Shown: positions 1 to 10,622, numbered from the stretch's first letter. The stretch: 64,000 nt of DNA from Candidatus Bathyarchaeota archaeon (GCA_963770935.1 CAVYRJ010000011.1:1-64000), one strand, 5' to 3'. Translations and numbers: made by a program. The notes: a model not told the origin generated them from the sequence alone.

Positions 1-62
1 TTTTTCTACAACACAAACCTTTTTACCTCTTCACATTTTAACCAATACTCAAGGTGACAAGA

Positions 63-212
63 TTGAGTTTAAAACTGAAAGTTGACGGAAAAGAAATCCC
101 CCTAAACGAATTCGTAGAGAGTATTTTGAGCGGAACCCTAACTGGCGCTGTGGGTTCCTTGAAGGGAATAAAAGGGGATTGGAAGAAAATCGAGGTAGAA
201 ATCCAAAAATAA
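63..212 (+). CDS. Small protein resembling the C-terminal domain of MobB-type proteins (49 aa)
   Basis: Manually read, not in ORF track: TTG start after AGGTGA; MSLKLKVDGKEIPLNEFVESILSGTLTGAVGSLKGIKGDWKKIEVEIQK*. Confidence 0.65.
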   Translation: MSLKLKVDGKEIPLNEFVESILSGTLTGAVGSLKGIKGDWKKIEVEIQK

Positions 213-217
213 CTACT

Positions 218-784
218 TTAACCTCGAAACTCAACTTTGGTTTCTATTTCGGAAAACATTTCCCGTTTAGCTTTACATATTGGGCAAACGTACGGTGGAT
301 CCTCGCGGTAAACCACATAACCGCATTGTTTACAATACCATAACTTCTTTTTTACCTCTGGCGCTTTGGGCGCCGACTGAGGAATAGGTGTGGCGGTTTT
401 CTCTTGTGTAACCTGAGCAGGAGCTTGCTGAGAAAGACCTGGAACTCCATAGGCTCTTCCTTGTTTTTCAAGCGGTCTGCGTTCAGGAACTTCAGGCAGA
501 TTTTGGCTCTCAAAGACAGCTTTGTTGACGTAAAGTCGACAGTAGCATGCGCCGAATTCGGCAACGTCGGGGTCGCGGTAGTCGCAAGGGCAGATTATGT
601 CTCGGTCAATTTCGAGGTTGCCTGTTGCAAGTCGGCAGGGGCATGATGGGTACCCGTAGCGGTCTTCGTTTGTCTTTAATCCTTCGAGGAACATTTGGAG
701 AAGGTCAGGTTGAGGCGTGAGGTAGTAACCGTAGGTTTTTGCGTCGGCTTCAGCTCGTCTGCGAGTCTGCTCTAGTGTGGTCAA
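218..784 (-). CDS. Ferredoxin:disulfide/thioredoxin reductase catalytic subunit with C-terminal rubredoxin-like domain (FDR-like)
   Basis: FTR motifs CPCR, ICPC, CYC; C-terminal CxxC...CPxC rubredoxin knuckles. Confidence 0.9.
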   Translation of the reverse strand: MTTLEQTRRRAEADAKTYGYYLTPQPDLLQMFLEGLKTNEDRYGYPSCPCRLATGNLEIDRDIICPCDYRDPDVAEFGACYCRLYVNKAVFESQNLPEVPERRPLEKQGRAYGVPGLSQQAPAQVTQEKTATPIPQSAPKAPEVKKKLWYCKQCGYVVYREDPPYVCPICKAKREMFSEIETKVEFRG

Positions 785-1065
785 AGACCAAGTGCCTCTT
801 TAAGCAGGTCCTTGCGGAAACCAGTGATTACGGTTTTGTCGTCTACAATTGTTGTGGGGTAGCTTAATGCTCCGCCTTTGCTGATAATTGTTGTATGAAC
901 CTTGCTTTTGTCATTGTCATCGAGCAAATCGACATCAACGAATTCGTATTCAACTCCGTTGTCGTTTAGGTATTGTTTTGTCATTTTGCACCAAACGCAG
1001 GTGCTTAAAGCATAGACGGTAACTTTGTGGTTATTTTTTTGTCCAGAAACTTTGGAGAACTGCAT
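781..1065 (-). CDS. Glutaredoxin-family protein, methanoredoxin-like (CVWC)
   Basis: LSTCVWC active site, YPT cis-Pro motif, ITGF; overlaps the FDR start. Confidence 0.88.
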   Translation of the reverse strand: MQFSKVSGQKNNHKVTVYALSTCVWCKMTKQYLNDNGVEYEFVDVDLLDDNDKSKVHTTIISKGGALSYPTTIVDDKTVITGFRKDLLKEALGL

Positions 1066-1126
1066 AGTCTCACAACTTTAATTCTGGTTTAAGGTTAATA
1101 TAACTGTTTAGATTGACCAAAAATGG

Positions 1127-2500
1127 TCAAGCTGGTTCGAGGCTGCCAAAGGCATTTTGAACAACTTCGTTTAGTGCAGGATGAATATGCATTCCCCTGG
1201 CTATAGGCGAAAAATCGCCCCTTCCAACAACCATCGCGTTGACGATTTCTTGGATGAGGATTGAAGCTTCTGGACCTATAATGTGGGCACCAAGAATTTT
1301 GCCAGTTTCCTTCTCAACGACGACTTTTACAAAACCCTCAGGGAACCCCATAGCTGCACCCATCGCCGTGTCCCTGTAAAAAGCGCGTCCAACCAAAATC
1401 TTATAATTCTGCTGCTTAGCCTCTTCCTCTTTCAACCCAACTGACGCAACCTGCGGATGCGTAAATATCGCGTGGGGCGACGCTGAAAAATCCGCCTTAA
1501 CTTTGTGGTCATGCATCGAGTTGTGCCAAGCTATGCCTGCCGCATAATTGGCAACATGTTTAAACATCTCTTTGCCGATGGCATCTCCGAAAGAATAAAT
1601 GTTCTTCTTGCTAGTTTCTAAGTAATCGTCTACTTTTATGAAGCCGTGTGCATCGAGTTTTACACCTGTTTTTTCAGGTTTGAGCAGTTCGGCGTTTGAT
1701 ATTCTGCCTGTGGCAATCATGATAGCTTCAGCTGAGAACTCCCTGATAGTGCCGTCCTGGCGGTTTTTGGCAACAATTGTTTTTATTTTGTCAATCTGCT
1801 TTGCTTCGAGGGCTTCGTAGCCCGTGTAGATTTCTATATGCTTCTCCATTTCGGTCTTGAGTAAGTTTGAGATTTCTGGTTCTTCGTCTGGCACTAAACG
1901 GTCAGGTCGATGTAATATGGTTGTTTTGGTACCGATTGCTGAGAAGAAGTGTCCGTACTCCATTCCGATGTATCCACCGCCTATGATAACGATGCTTTTT
2001 GGCTGTGTTTGTAGTTCCAACACGTTGTCACTTGTAAGGTACTCTACCTTTTCTATGCCCTTAATTGGCGGTATTGCGGTACGAGAACCTGATACAATGA
2101 AGATAACTTTGGCGGATATTATGTGACTGCCAACCTGCATGGTGTAGTCGGATGTGAATTCGCCTTTTTCCTTAAACCATGTTAAATTTGGGGTAGCTTG
2201 GACGGCTGCTGCTTGATGCCCTGAATCATGGTTAACCAGCGTATGCATCCTTGTCATGATGTTGTTAAAGTCAACGGGCTCAACGGTTGCATGGATGCCT
2301 AATTTGCCGGCGCCTTTAAGAGTGGTGAGGATGTCTGCGGGATAAATCAGCATTTTTGAGGGCACACAGCCCACGTTTATGCATGTGCCTCCCATTTTTC
2401 CACCCTCAACCAGCGCCACTTTAAAGCCCTTCTCAACCGCAGTTGAAGCAACAAGCATGCCTGAGCCCGAACCAATTACTAAAAAGTCAAACTTCTCCAT
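1127..2500 (-). CDS. Pyridine nucleotide-disulfide oxidoreductase (dihydrolipoamide dehydrogenase/mycothione reductase-like)
   Basis: GSGSG FAD motif, GGTCINVGC redox disulfide, GGGYIG, HIHPALNE; start taken at MEKFDF. Confidence 0.9.
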   Translation of the reverse strand: MEKFDFLVIGSGSGMLVASTAVEKGFKVALVEGGKMGGTCINVGCVPSKMLIYPADILTTLKGAGKLGIHATVEPVDFNNIMTRMHTLVNHDSGHQAAAVQATPNLTWFKEKGEFTSDYTMQVGSHIISAKVIFIVSGSRTAIPPIKGIEKVEYLTSDNVLELQTQPKSIVIIGGGYIGMEYGHFFSAIGTKTTILHRPDRLVPDEEPEISNLLKTEMEKHIEIYTGYEALEAKQIDKIKTIVAKNRQDGTIREFSAEAIMIATGRISNAELLKPEKTGVKLDAHGFIKVDDYLETSKKNIYSFGDAIGKEMFKHVANYAAGIAWHNSMHDHKVKADFSASPHAIFTHPQVASVGLKEEEAKQQNYKILVGRAFYRDTAMGAAMGFPEGFVKVVVEKETGKILGAHIIGPEASILIQEIVNAMVVGRGDFSPIARGMHIHPALNEVVQNAFGSLEPA

Positions 2501-2624
2501 AAACAAAACCCAACTTATACACATTAAACTGAAGAATTGAAGGCAAATAAACCTTTCAATTACAAATTCTCGCTTCAAAAAGTCTTTTAAGCCTTGCTAA
2601 GATATTATTTTTAGAGGATTTTTC

Positions 2625-2717
2625 ATGTCTAAAAAAACAAAGACTGCAGAAGAAGAAAAGAAAAAAACAGCCTATTACAGCAAAAAAGAAAAGAAAGCAA
2701 AAGAAGTCAAGAAATAG
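2625..2717 (+). CDS. Putative 30-aa Lys/Glu-rich micro-protein
   Basis: MSKKTKTAEEEKKKTAYYSKKEKKAKEVKK*; AGAGGA upstream; not in ORF track. Confidence 0.3.
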   Translation: MSKKTKTAEEEKKKTAYYSKKEKKAKEVKK

Positions 2718-3486
2718 CTTCTTTCTCTAAAAATTTTGGTAGACACCGTTTGTCGTGGACGGCGTCGAAGCTTTCCAATTCATCCTTTTTTAGTGGTAAC
2801 GCTATTCGAGAAACTAAACCGTTTAGGCTGTAGGGAAGACGTATTAGGCGGAATTCCCCAGAAGTTACCCAGTCATCGATATGGAAACCCACTTTTTTTA
2901 CTTTTTTGGCAAGATCAAGTCGCTCATTAACTGTCAACTGGTATGCTTTTTGGTCAAGCACATGTATGTGAAAGCCCCTCCCGGAATAAACAACCTTTAA
3001 ACCCGGATAACTTTCCGAAAGGTAATCATAGAGACACATAGCTTCATGCTTAACCATATCGAACTCTAACTCACAAAAACTTAACCCCTGATGACGCTTC
3101 ATCTTTTCCGCTAGGGTGCCATGGATTGGGCAAGTGATGTTTTCAGGGTCAAGGTCAAAAGCAAGTTCCTGACCTACCTTGTTGCCTTTTGAATCATAGA
3201 TGTTTCGGTCGTAGTAGACTGCTTCAGGCAGAAACTCAAGGATTTGTTCACGCATATCTTCAGGAGTCTTAAAATCATCAAGAATAATTGTAGTTGAGGC
3301 ATCTTCCTTATATTTTTCTAGATAAATCTTTGTGTGCCTACCAATGATAACTGCGAATTTTGTGTTGCCAAGTCCACCTTCAAACCAATCAAATGCTTTT
3401 TGGAGTTTAAATTCTTGGGTGTAGAACTGCTTTCGTTCCTCTAAAGATGAGTATCTCATTCCAACGGGCAAGTGATATTGACTCAT
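2707..3486 (-). CDS. Archaeo-eukaryotic primase small-subunit (PriS) family protein
   Basis: ELAFDLD (motif I), SGRGFH (motif II), RLIRLPYSLN. Confidence 0.85.
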   Translation of the reverse strand: MSQYHLPVGMRYSSLEERKQFYTQEFKLQKAFDWFEGGLGNTKFAVIIGRHTKIYLEKYKEDASTTIILDDFKTPEDMREQILEFLPEAVYYDRNIYDSKGNKVGQELAFDLDPENITCPIHGTLAEKMKRHQGLSFCELEFDMVKHEAMCLYDYLSESYPGLKVVYSGRGFHIHVLDQKAYQLTVNERLDLAKKVKKVGFHIDDWVTSGEFRLIRLPYSLNGLVSRIALPLKKDELESFDAVHDKRCLPKFLEKEAIS

Positions 3487-3586
3487 TTAAACCATCAGAG
3501 ACTTACGCTTGCTAGCCGAAATGCTTTGCGGCTTGCAGGGGGAAACCCTAATATTAGCGTTTTCCCGAAGTAAATATGGTGATTTT

Positions 3587-3904
3587 TTGCCAATAGACCC
3601 TGATTTTCAAACCAAACGACAAGTTGTAAGTGAACATAGCGGTCACAAAGTCTGGGGACCAGTTGAAGCCCCACAGAAACTCGGCATACATGGAACAACA
3701 AGCGCGGTAGATTGGGATAGCTGCGTAGGAGACGGCGTATGCATCGATGTTTGCCCTGTTTCACTCTACGATTGGGCTGATTCGCCTGGACACCCTCTTT
3801 CCAACCGAAAATCTGACCCCGCGCGAGAAAAAGACTGCATACAATGCTTAGCATGCGAGATGCAGTGCCCAGCCGCAGCCATAAAAATCACTCCGCCCCC
3901 ATAA
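3587..3904 (+). CDS. zfx: Zinc-containing ferredoxin (Sulfolobus/Thermoplasma type)
   Basis: TTG start after GGTGA; PIDPDF..HSGHKVWGPV..LGIHG Zn-binding extension; CxxDxxCxxxCP and CxxCxxCxxxCP. Confidence 0.88.
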   Translation: MPIDPDFQTKRQVVSEHSGHKVWGPVEAPQKLGIHGTTSAVDWDSCVGDGVCIDVCPVSLYDWADSPGHPLSNRKSDPAREKDCIQCLACEMQCPAAAIKITPPP

Positions 3905-4017
3905 GACGGACTAACCCCCTTTTTGGTTTTAGTGAAGGTGTTATATTTGCAGACGCCCACCTGCTTAGTGCAGACAAGAAAACTAAAAGGGCAAAAAGAA
4001 AAGAAAGTAAATGTTGC

Positions 4018-4653
4018 TTATTTTACGAGGCTTAGGTTCTTGTTTACTTTATCCCAGTTGACTATGTTCCAGAAGGCTTCGACGAATTTGGCGCGGTCGT
4101 TTTTGTAGTCGAGGTAGTAGGCGTGTTCCCAGACGTCGAGAGTCATCAGTATCTGGAAGTTGGGTATGACGTTGACGTTGTGTTTTTCGATCTGCACTAT
4201 GAACGGTCGCCCTATGCATGGATGCATGGCTAGCGCAGCCCAGCCTGAACCTTCGGTGCTTGTGGCAGCAGCTGAAAACATTTTTTTGAATTTGTCGAAG
4301 CTTCCAAACTCCATGTTGATCACGTCAGCGATGGCTCCACTTGGTTGTCCTCCGCCCCCTTTGCCCGCGGTCGCCAAGTTTTCCCAGAATGCCGTATGCA
4401 GCATGTGGCCGCCTACGTTGAAGGCAAGTTCTTTAGCAAGTGCCTTTACGTATCCAAAGCTAACCCAGTAATCGAGTTGTGTGTCTGTCTTCATTGCTTC
4501 ATCTATACTGGTCAATAATTTGTTGGCGCCGTTGACGTAGGCTTGATGGTGTTTGTCATGGTGGAGTTTTAGCTGTTCCTCCGAAATGTATGGTGCAAGT
4601 GCGTTATAATTGTAGGGCAGTTTAGGTAAGGTAAAAGATTTTATTTTCTCCAT
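4018..4653 (-). CDS. sod: Fe/Mn superoxide dismutase
   Basis: [19 protein letters not shown] signature. Confidence 0.97.
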   Translation of the reverse strand: MEKIKSFTLPKLPYNYNALAPYISEEQLKLHHDKHHQAYVNGANKLLTSIDEAMKTDTQLDYWVSFGYVKALAKELAFNVGGHMLHTAFWENLATAGKGGGGQPSGAIADVINMEFGSFDKFKKMFSAAATSTEGSGWAALAMHPCIGRPFIVQIEKHNVNVIPNFQILMTLDVWEHAYYLDYKNDRAKFVEAFWNIVNWDKVNKNLSLVK

Positions 4654-4799
4654 AAAATTCACCAAAATCAACCTTTTCCAAAGCAGAAAACAACTAATAT
4701 ACTTTACCTTGGGCCTTTATGAGTGTTTAATCCTTTGCAATTGAAATTCACGGTATTGCTTATTACTTGCTGTTGCTTTACTATTTTCCAGTGAATTTT

Positions 4800-5303
4800 A
4801 TGGCTAAAACTGACGAGAACCTAAAAGCTGCCTTCGCAGGTGAATCCCAAGCCAACCGCATGTACTTGGCTTTCGCTAAGAAGGCTGATGAAGAAGGCTT
4901 ACCCCAAATCGCTAAACTCTTTAGAGCTGCGGCGGAAGCAGAAACCGTCCACGCCCTAAACCACCTAAAAGTAATGGCACAGGTAAAATCAACCGTTGAG
5001 AACCTTGGCACCGCTGTGTCAGGCGAAACATACGAGTTCAAGAAAATGTACCCCGACTTCATCGATGAAGCTAAAAAAGAAGCAAACAAACCCGCTCAAT
5101 TGAGCTTTGATTATGCAAACAAGGTTGAGCAAATCCATGCCGCCCTCTACCAAAAAGCAATCGACGCTCTCAAAAACAAAAAAGAACTTCTTAAAGTGGA
5201 CTATTACGTTTGTCCTGTCTGCGGAAACACCTTTGAAGGCTCAACACCTGACTATTGCCCAATCTGCGCTACCGCTAAAGACAAATTTATGAAAATAAAT
5301 TAG
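4800..5303 (+). CDS. rbr: Rubrerythrin
   Basis: AFAGESQA, ExxH di-iron motifs, C-terminal CPVCG/CPIC. Confidence 0.95.
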   Translation: MAKTDENLKAAFAGESQANRMYLAFAKKADEEGLPQIAKLFRAAAEAETVHALNHLKVMAQVKSTVENLGTAVSGETYEFKKMYPDFIDEAKKEANKPAQLSFDYANKVEQIHAALYQKAIDALKNKKELLKVDYYVCPVCGNTFEGSTPDYCPICATAKDKFMKIN

Positions 5304-5309
5304 AAAAAG

Positions 5310-6500
5310 TTAGGCTTTGATTCTTTGGGCTATTTGTTGCCCAAACTCAAAGCATTTTTTCAAATCTTCTTTATCTGGAACGTATTTTATTTCGACTCTT
5401 TGCGGGTACACTTCAAAGCCTGCGTTTTTTGCGATTTCATTCATGCCTTTTACAGCCCCGCTTCCCCAACCAAAAGAGCCAAAGAAACCCCACAGTTTGC
5501 CCCTTGGCTTTAAACCCGTAACATATGTGAGTAATCCGCCTATGGTTGGAAATATTCCGTTGTTAATCGTTGGTGAACCCAAAAGCACGGCTTTAGAGTC
5601 GAGGATTTCAGTTATAGCTTCAGAGTAACTTGATGCTCTTAGCTTTAACAGTTTAACCTCGACACCTTGGCTTGCTGCGCCCTCAGCGATGGCTCTTGCC
5701 ATTTTATCCGTGCTACCCCACATTGTGTCAAAAACAACAGTTACCTTGTTTTTGTTTGCGGTTCCTGAACTCCAATCCAAGTAAGCCTTGATTATTTTGG
5801 ATGGATCTTTCCGCCAGATTATGCCATGACTTGGCGCTATCATCTCGATTGGTATCCCCATTTGGGCTACTTCCTCAATCTTCTTTGTTATGATGGGTGC
5901 AAAAGGCATCAAAATGTTAGCATAATACGTCGCGGCTTCTTCCATAAGCACATGGTCATCTACTTCATCATCAAACCGTCCCGAGCTAGCAAGATGCTGA
6001 CCAAATGCGTCGTTAGACATCAGAATTTTGTCTTCGACAAGGTAGGTGAACATGCTGTCTGGCCAATGCAACATCGGCGCTTCAAGAAAACGCAAAGTCC
6101 GTTTTCCAAGCTTTATTTCGTCGCCAGTTTTCACAGTTTCAACTCTCTCAAAATCTGACCCGTAATGCTCGATTAACGCGTCTTTTCCACGTGTTGAAGC
6201 TATTATTTTTGCGTTCTTTGCAAGTTTTGCAATAACGGGCAGACTGCTTGAGTGATCCATTTCCACATGGTTAACTATTATGTAATCAATTTTCTCAAAA
6301 CTAGTTAACTCAGAAATTTTTCCTACGAGCTCTTCCGAAAACGTGCTCTTCACAGTGTCTACGAGCGCTATCTTCTCATCTGAAATCAAGTAGGAGTTGT
6401 AAGTAGCTCCTCGGTAAGTTACATAGCCATGAAAGTCTCTGAGGTTCCAATCGATAACTCCAACCCAGTTTACTCCATCTTTTAAAGTTACTTTAACCAT
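5310..6500 (-). CDS. fprA: Flavodiiron protein (FprA family, O2/NO reductase)
   Basis: HVEMDHS, HWPDSM, DAFG, PSHG; flavodoxin domain TMWGST/GSFGWG. Confidence 0.95.
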   Translation of the reverse strand: MVKVTLKDGVNWVGVIDWNLRDFHGYVTYRGATYNSYLISDEKIALVDTVKSTFSEELVGKISELTSFEKIDYIIVNHVEMDHSSSLPVIAKLAKNAKIIASTRGKDALIEHYGSDFERVETVKTGDEIKLGKRTLRFLEAPMLHWPDSMFTYLVEDKILMSNDAFGQHLASSGRFDDEVDDHVLMEEAATYYANILMPFAPIITKKIEEVAQMGIPIEMIAPSHGIIWRKDPSKIIKAYLDWSSGTANKNKVTVVFDTMWGSTDKMARAIAEGAASQGVEVKLLKLRASSYSEAITEILDSKAVLLGSPTINNGIFPTIGGLLTYVTGLKPRGKLWGFFGSFGWGSGAVKGMNEIAKNAGFEVYPQRVEIKYVPDKEDLKKCFEFGQQIAQRIKA

Positions 6501-6693
6501 TTCTATTTCTCCTTAAACTATTATTAAAATCAAATCGCCATTATCTGAAAACAATAGAAAACCTCATCGTGCAAACTCTTATATTGGTTTCGTTCAAAAA
6601 TCAGCTAAAAACTCTAAAGTTATATCTTTGAAGCAACAGAGTTTACCTGAAGATAAGTTATTATTTGATAAGCATCTTTGCGGAGGCAAAATC

Positions 6694-7377
6694 ATGAGTT
6701 TACTTCCTGACGATAAAAAAGAACTTTTAAAAAACGATTTTAAAGAAAAACTCGTTGACCCAGTAAGAATAGTCATGTTCACCCAAGAGTTTGAGTGTAG
6801 GTATTGCTCCGACACAAGAAAACTCGTCCAAGAACTAGCAACTCTAAACGACAAGATAAATGTGGAAGTCTACGATTTTGTTGCTGATGCCGCTAAAGCC
6901 AAGGAATATGGGATTGACAAGATACCCGCTTTAGCCATAATTGGCAAAAAAGACTATGGAGTAAGAATCTATGGAATCCCATACGGGTATGAGCTTCAAA
7001 CACTAATTGAAGCAGTAATCAACGTTTCAAAAGGAAAAACTGACCTTTCCGACAAAACCAAGCAGATTCTTACGGAAGTCAAATTGCCCGTTCATATCCA
7101 AGTCTTCGTCACCTTAACTTGCCCACACTGCCCCGTGGCTGCTGCCGTTGCGCATAAATTAGCCATTGAAAGTGACATGGTAAAATCCGACGTGATAGAA
7201 ACCAGCGAGTTTCCAGATCTTGCCATGAAGTACAACGTGATTGGAGTTCCTAAGATAATGATTAATGAGACGGTCGAGTTTGTTGGGGCGTTTAACGAGG
7301 ACTTGTTCGCTGAACATGTGTTGCTCGGTGCATTTTCAGAAAAATTGCCAGTGGACGATAAAGTCAACATACCCTAA
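6694..7377 (+). CDS. Protein disulfide oxidoreductase (two thioredoxin folds, PDO)
   Basis: CRYC and CPHC motifs; GIPYGYE; GVPK. Confidence 0.9.
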   Translation: MSLLPDDKKELLKNDFKEKLVDPVRIVMFTQEFECRYCSDTRKLVQELATLNDKINVEVYDFVADAAKAKEYGIDKIPALAIIGKKDYGVRIYGIPYGYELQTLIEAVINVSKGKTDLSDKTKQILTEVKLPVHIQVFVTLTCPHCPVAAAVAHKLAIESDMVKSDVIETSEFPDLAMKYNVIGVPKIMINETVEFVGAFNEDLFAEHVLLGAFSEKLPVDDKVNIP

Positions 7378-7446
7378 CAATACAAATAATATACAAATAC
7401 ATGAAATAAACAAAAAGAAAAGAGCGTTAAGGCTAAACTTATTGGT

Positions 7447-7638
7447 TTAGCAATGGTCGTGGCCACAATTGCAACTGTGCCCTGTTGTACCTGTGTTTCC
7501 AGCGAATTTTGCTGGAGATTTGTCGAATGTTGCTTTGCAGGAAGGCGCGCAGAAATAGTATGTTTTGCCATTGTAATCTGATTTGAATTTTGCTTTTTTC
7601 TCATCTACCATCATGCCACAAACTGGATCTTTAGCCAT
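7447..7638 (-). CDS. YHS/TRASH-domain metal chaperone with His/Cys-rich tail
   Basis: DPVCGM...YYFCAPSC; tail HSCNCGHDHC. Confidence 0.88.
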   Translation of the reverse strand: MAKDPVCGMMVDEKKAKFKSDYNGKTYYFCAPSCKATFDKSPAKFAGNTGTTGHSCNCGHDHC

Positions 7639-7664
7639 ATTCTTTTTCACCTCACATTTGCTTT

Positions 7665-9770
7665 TTACTGTTTAACTTTGGTTGATTTAAACTTAGCCAA
7701 CTTTAAGAGTGCTGAGTTGCCGACGACGGTTAAGCTGCTTATCGCCATGGCGGCGGCCGCGTACATTGGGTTGAGTAATCCCGAGGCAGCGATTGGAATC
7801 ATCACTACGTTATAGGCGAACGCCCAGAATAGGTTAGTGTTGATTTTCCGCATAGTCTTCTTACTGAGTTCCACACCCAACGCCACATCCCGAAGGTCGT
7901 CTCTGATTAGTACGATGCCGCCTGTTTCCTTAGCAATGTCAGTTCCGCTACCAATAGCAATTCCGATGTCCGCTTGTGCCAGTGCTGGAGCATCATTTAT
8001 CCCGTCACCAACCATAGCAACGACCTTTCCTTCAGCCTGTAGTTGTTTGACGGCGTCTACTTTCTGCCAAGGCAAAACGTTAGCAATAACATGGGTTATA
8101 GCTAACTGTTGGGCGATGGCTTTTGCTGTTCGCTCATTGTCACCTGTAAGCATTACAACTTCTAAGTTCATGTTCTTCAACAGCTCAATTGCTTCGGCAG
8201 CGCTCTCCTTCACTGTATCCATGGCGGCAATCAACCCAGCCGCAGCACCATCGACCACTAATATCATTACGGTTTTGCCTTGAGTTTCCAGCGCTAAATG
8301 GTCAGCCTCTAATTCGCATATGGGTACATTTTGTTCTTGCATCAGTTTGAGGTTGCCAAGTAATACCTTTTTTTCTTCGACAGTACACTGGACGCCTCTG
8401 CCGGGTAACGCCTCAAAACTGTCAGCTTTGGGAATAGGTACTTTTAGGGTTTCTGCCTTTTTCAAGATTGCCTCTGCCAGAGGATGTTCCGAGCCTTTCT
8501 CAGCGGCTCCTGCAAAATGTAGCACTTCCTCTTCGGTGTAGGAGTTGTAGGTTTTGATGTCGGTTACGCTGGGTTCACCCTTGGTTAACGTACCTGTCTT
8601 GTCGAATACTACAGTTGAGAGTTTTCTTGCTTTCTCAATATATTCTCCGCTGCGTAGTAGTACTCCATATTCTGCTCCTTTTCCGACACCTGCGAGGATG
8701 GCTGTAGGAGTTGCGATGCCTAAGGCACAAGGACAAGCTATTAAAAGCACTGCCAATAACGCCAGGAATGCGGTTGTGAAGCCACTTGTAATATACCAGT
8801 AACCAAATGAAATTGCTGCTACAGTAAATATCATAGGTACAAAATATGCGACTACGCGGTCGGCGAATTGTTGGACTGGCGCGCTTGAAGCTTGAGCTTC
8901 TTCGACCAAGTGGACGATTTGTGAGAGTGCTGTTTGGTCGCCCACTCTTGTAGCTTGAATAGTTAAAAGCCCCGTTTTGTTAATGGTGGCACCGATAACT
9001 TCACTGCCAACGTTTTTCTCCACTGGAATGCTCTCGCCAGTTAACAGTTTTTCATCTACGGACGAGTAGCCTGCGGTTACTTTGCCATCGATTGGGATTT
9101 TTTCGCCCGGCTTAACCAGTATTATGTCACCTTCCTTTACTTCATCGATTGGTAAGTCGACTTCTTTACCGTCTTTGATGATTCTTGCCATGGTTGGTTG
9201 GAGTTCGAGTAGTTTGCGGATTGAGGCGGCTGACCGGCGTCGGATTAATTCTTCAATATATTTGCCTAGTAAGACAAATGCTAAGATGCCAATTGCTACT
9301 TCTAGGTATCCTGAGCCTGTTTCGGCAGTGGATAGGAAAGCCACGTTCATGGCGCCGTATGTCCAGCCCGCGAGGACTCCTGCGGTGACAAGGACATCCA
9401 TATTTATTTTGCGATTTTTAATTGACTGGTAGGCTCCTTTGTATATTCTGAAGCCCGCTATCCAGACAACGGGTGTTGACACGATAAATATCGCAATATC
9501 GTAAATTCTGAGTCCGCCGACTATTTCAAAATACATAATTGTTGCAACTATTCCAAATAGTGCGATTACCCTCAATCCCAGCGCTGCAACTACACCAATT
9601 AAGGTGACTGCGACTCTGCGTTTCATTGCTTTTAATTCTCGTTCAGGGGCTGTGTAGACGTCGAGGCATTGTTGGCTGCAGAAGTAGTAGGTTCGGTCGC
9701 CTATTTTTGCGGAAAGGGCGGTTTCTGTGTCTACGTCCATGCCGCATACAGGGTCTCGTACTTTTGTCAT
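7665..9770 (-). CDS. copA: Copper-translocating P1B-type ATPase with N-terminal YHS domain
   Basis: TGES, CPC, DKTGT, SEHPL, GDGIND, YN and MxxSS motifs. Confidence 0.95.
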   Translation of the reverse strand: MTKVRDPVCGMDVDTETALSAKIGDRTYYFCSQQCLDVYTAPERELKAMKRRVAVTLIGVVAALGLRVIALFGIVATIMYFEIVGGLRIYDIAIFIVSTPVVWIAGFRIYKGAYQSIKNRKINMDVLVTAGVLAGWTYGAMNVAFLSTAETGSGYLEVAIGILAFVLLGKYIEELIRRRSAASIRKLLELQPTMARIIKDGKEVDLPIDEVKEGDIILVKPGEKIPIDGKVTAGYSSVDEKLLTGESIPVEKNVGSEVIGATINKTGLLTIQATRVGDQTALSQIVHLVEEAQASSAPVQQFADRVVAYFVPMIFTVAAISFGYWYITSGFTTAFLALLAVLLIACPCALGIATPTAILAGVGKGAEYGVLLRSGEYIEKARKLSTVVFDKTGTLTKGEPSVTDIKTYNSYTEEEVLHFAGAAEKGSEHPLAEAILKKAETLKVPIPKADSFEALPGRGVQCTVEEKKVLLGNLKLMQEQNVPICELEADHLALETQGKTVMILVVDGAAAGLIAAMDTVKESAAEAIELLKNMNLEVVMLTGDNERTAKAIAQQLAITHVIANVLPWQKVDAVKQLQAEGKVVAMVGDGINDAPALAQADIGIAIGSGTDIAKETGGIVLIRDDLRDVALGVELSKKTMRKINTNLFWAFAYNVVMIPIAASGLLNPMYAAAAMAISSLTVVGNSALLKLAKFKSTKVKQ

Positions 9771-9998
9771 TATTCTTCTCTCCGTTTAAGTTATAATTGT
9801 TTGTTTATAGATATAAATGTGTCTGAAAAAGATATATCTTTAACATCAAAGCTCAGAAAAATAAAAACGCAAAGCAAACTATAAATTTGGAACGTTAGGT
9901 TATAGACCGATTTGTTTTATTCATTTGGGTTCACAAAATATTTGTGGGTCAGGGCTTATAAAAAAATCTGAGTATCTTAACCCTGCTGCATCTCTGGT

Positions 9999-10274
9999 TT
10001 ATTCTATTCGTTTTATTATGTGGTACCCAAACTGGGTCTTAACAAGACCAGAAGTTTGACCCTTCTCGAGCTCAAAAGCAGCTTTCTCAAATTCCTTAAC
10101 CATCTTGCCCCTTGTGAAGGTGCCAAGATCTCCGCCTTTCTTTCCAGAGGGGCAAAGGGATATTTGCTGGGCGACAGCGCCGAATTTTTCTCCTTTGTCT
10201 AGGCGGGCTTTAGCTGCTTTTGCTTCGGTTTCTGTTTTGACTAGTATGTGGCAACAATGAATTTTGTCTGGCAT
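9999..10274 (-). CDS. ppiC: Parvulin-type peptidyl-prolyl isomerase
   Basis: HILVK, SLCPSGKKGGDLG, TQFGYHII. Confidence 0.93.
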   Translation of the reverse strand: MPDKIHCCHILVKTETEAKAAKARLDKGEKFGAVAQQISLCPSGKKGGDLGTFTRGKMVKEFEKAAFELEKGQTSGLVKTQFGYHIIKRIE

Positions 10275-10511
10275 AAAACAATCTTTAGCGTGTTTTAACA
10301 TATAACTTTTACTTGGCTAATCAATCCAATTTTCATAGTAAAAAGGTGGATTAAATGGTTTTAATTAAATCTTCTATGCACTCCATCGAGACTGGCACTG
10401 CTGAATTTACATGAAAACGTTAAAACATTAACTTGCAAATATCTGTCACTTCGAACTTCGAAGTACAAGCCAGAGATATTGTTATAACAAAAGCACCCAA
10501 TAGGGTGAACC

Positions 10512-10622
10512 ATGGAAACCAATAATGCGCTCATAAACATAGAAGAAGACCAAAGCCTAGACCTTGCAACCGCAAAACAGCTTGCTAGGATAGTTGAGTT
10601 TCTACTAAACATCGAAGATTAA
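10512..10622 (+). CDS. Putative 36-aa hypothetical protein
   Basis: GGGTGA RBS then METNNALINIEEDQSLDLATAKQLARIVEFLLNIED*; not in ORF track. Confidence 0.4.
   Translation: METNNALINIEEDQSLDLATAKQLARIVEFLLNIED

Noticed and set aside
49-234. ORF-track minus-strand 61-aa ORF, and the many antisense ORFs overlapping well-supported genes
   Set aside because: Shadow ORFs; the opposite strand carries the recognisable protein
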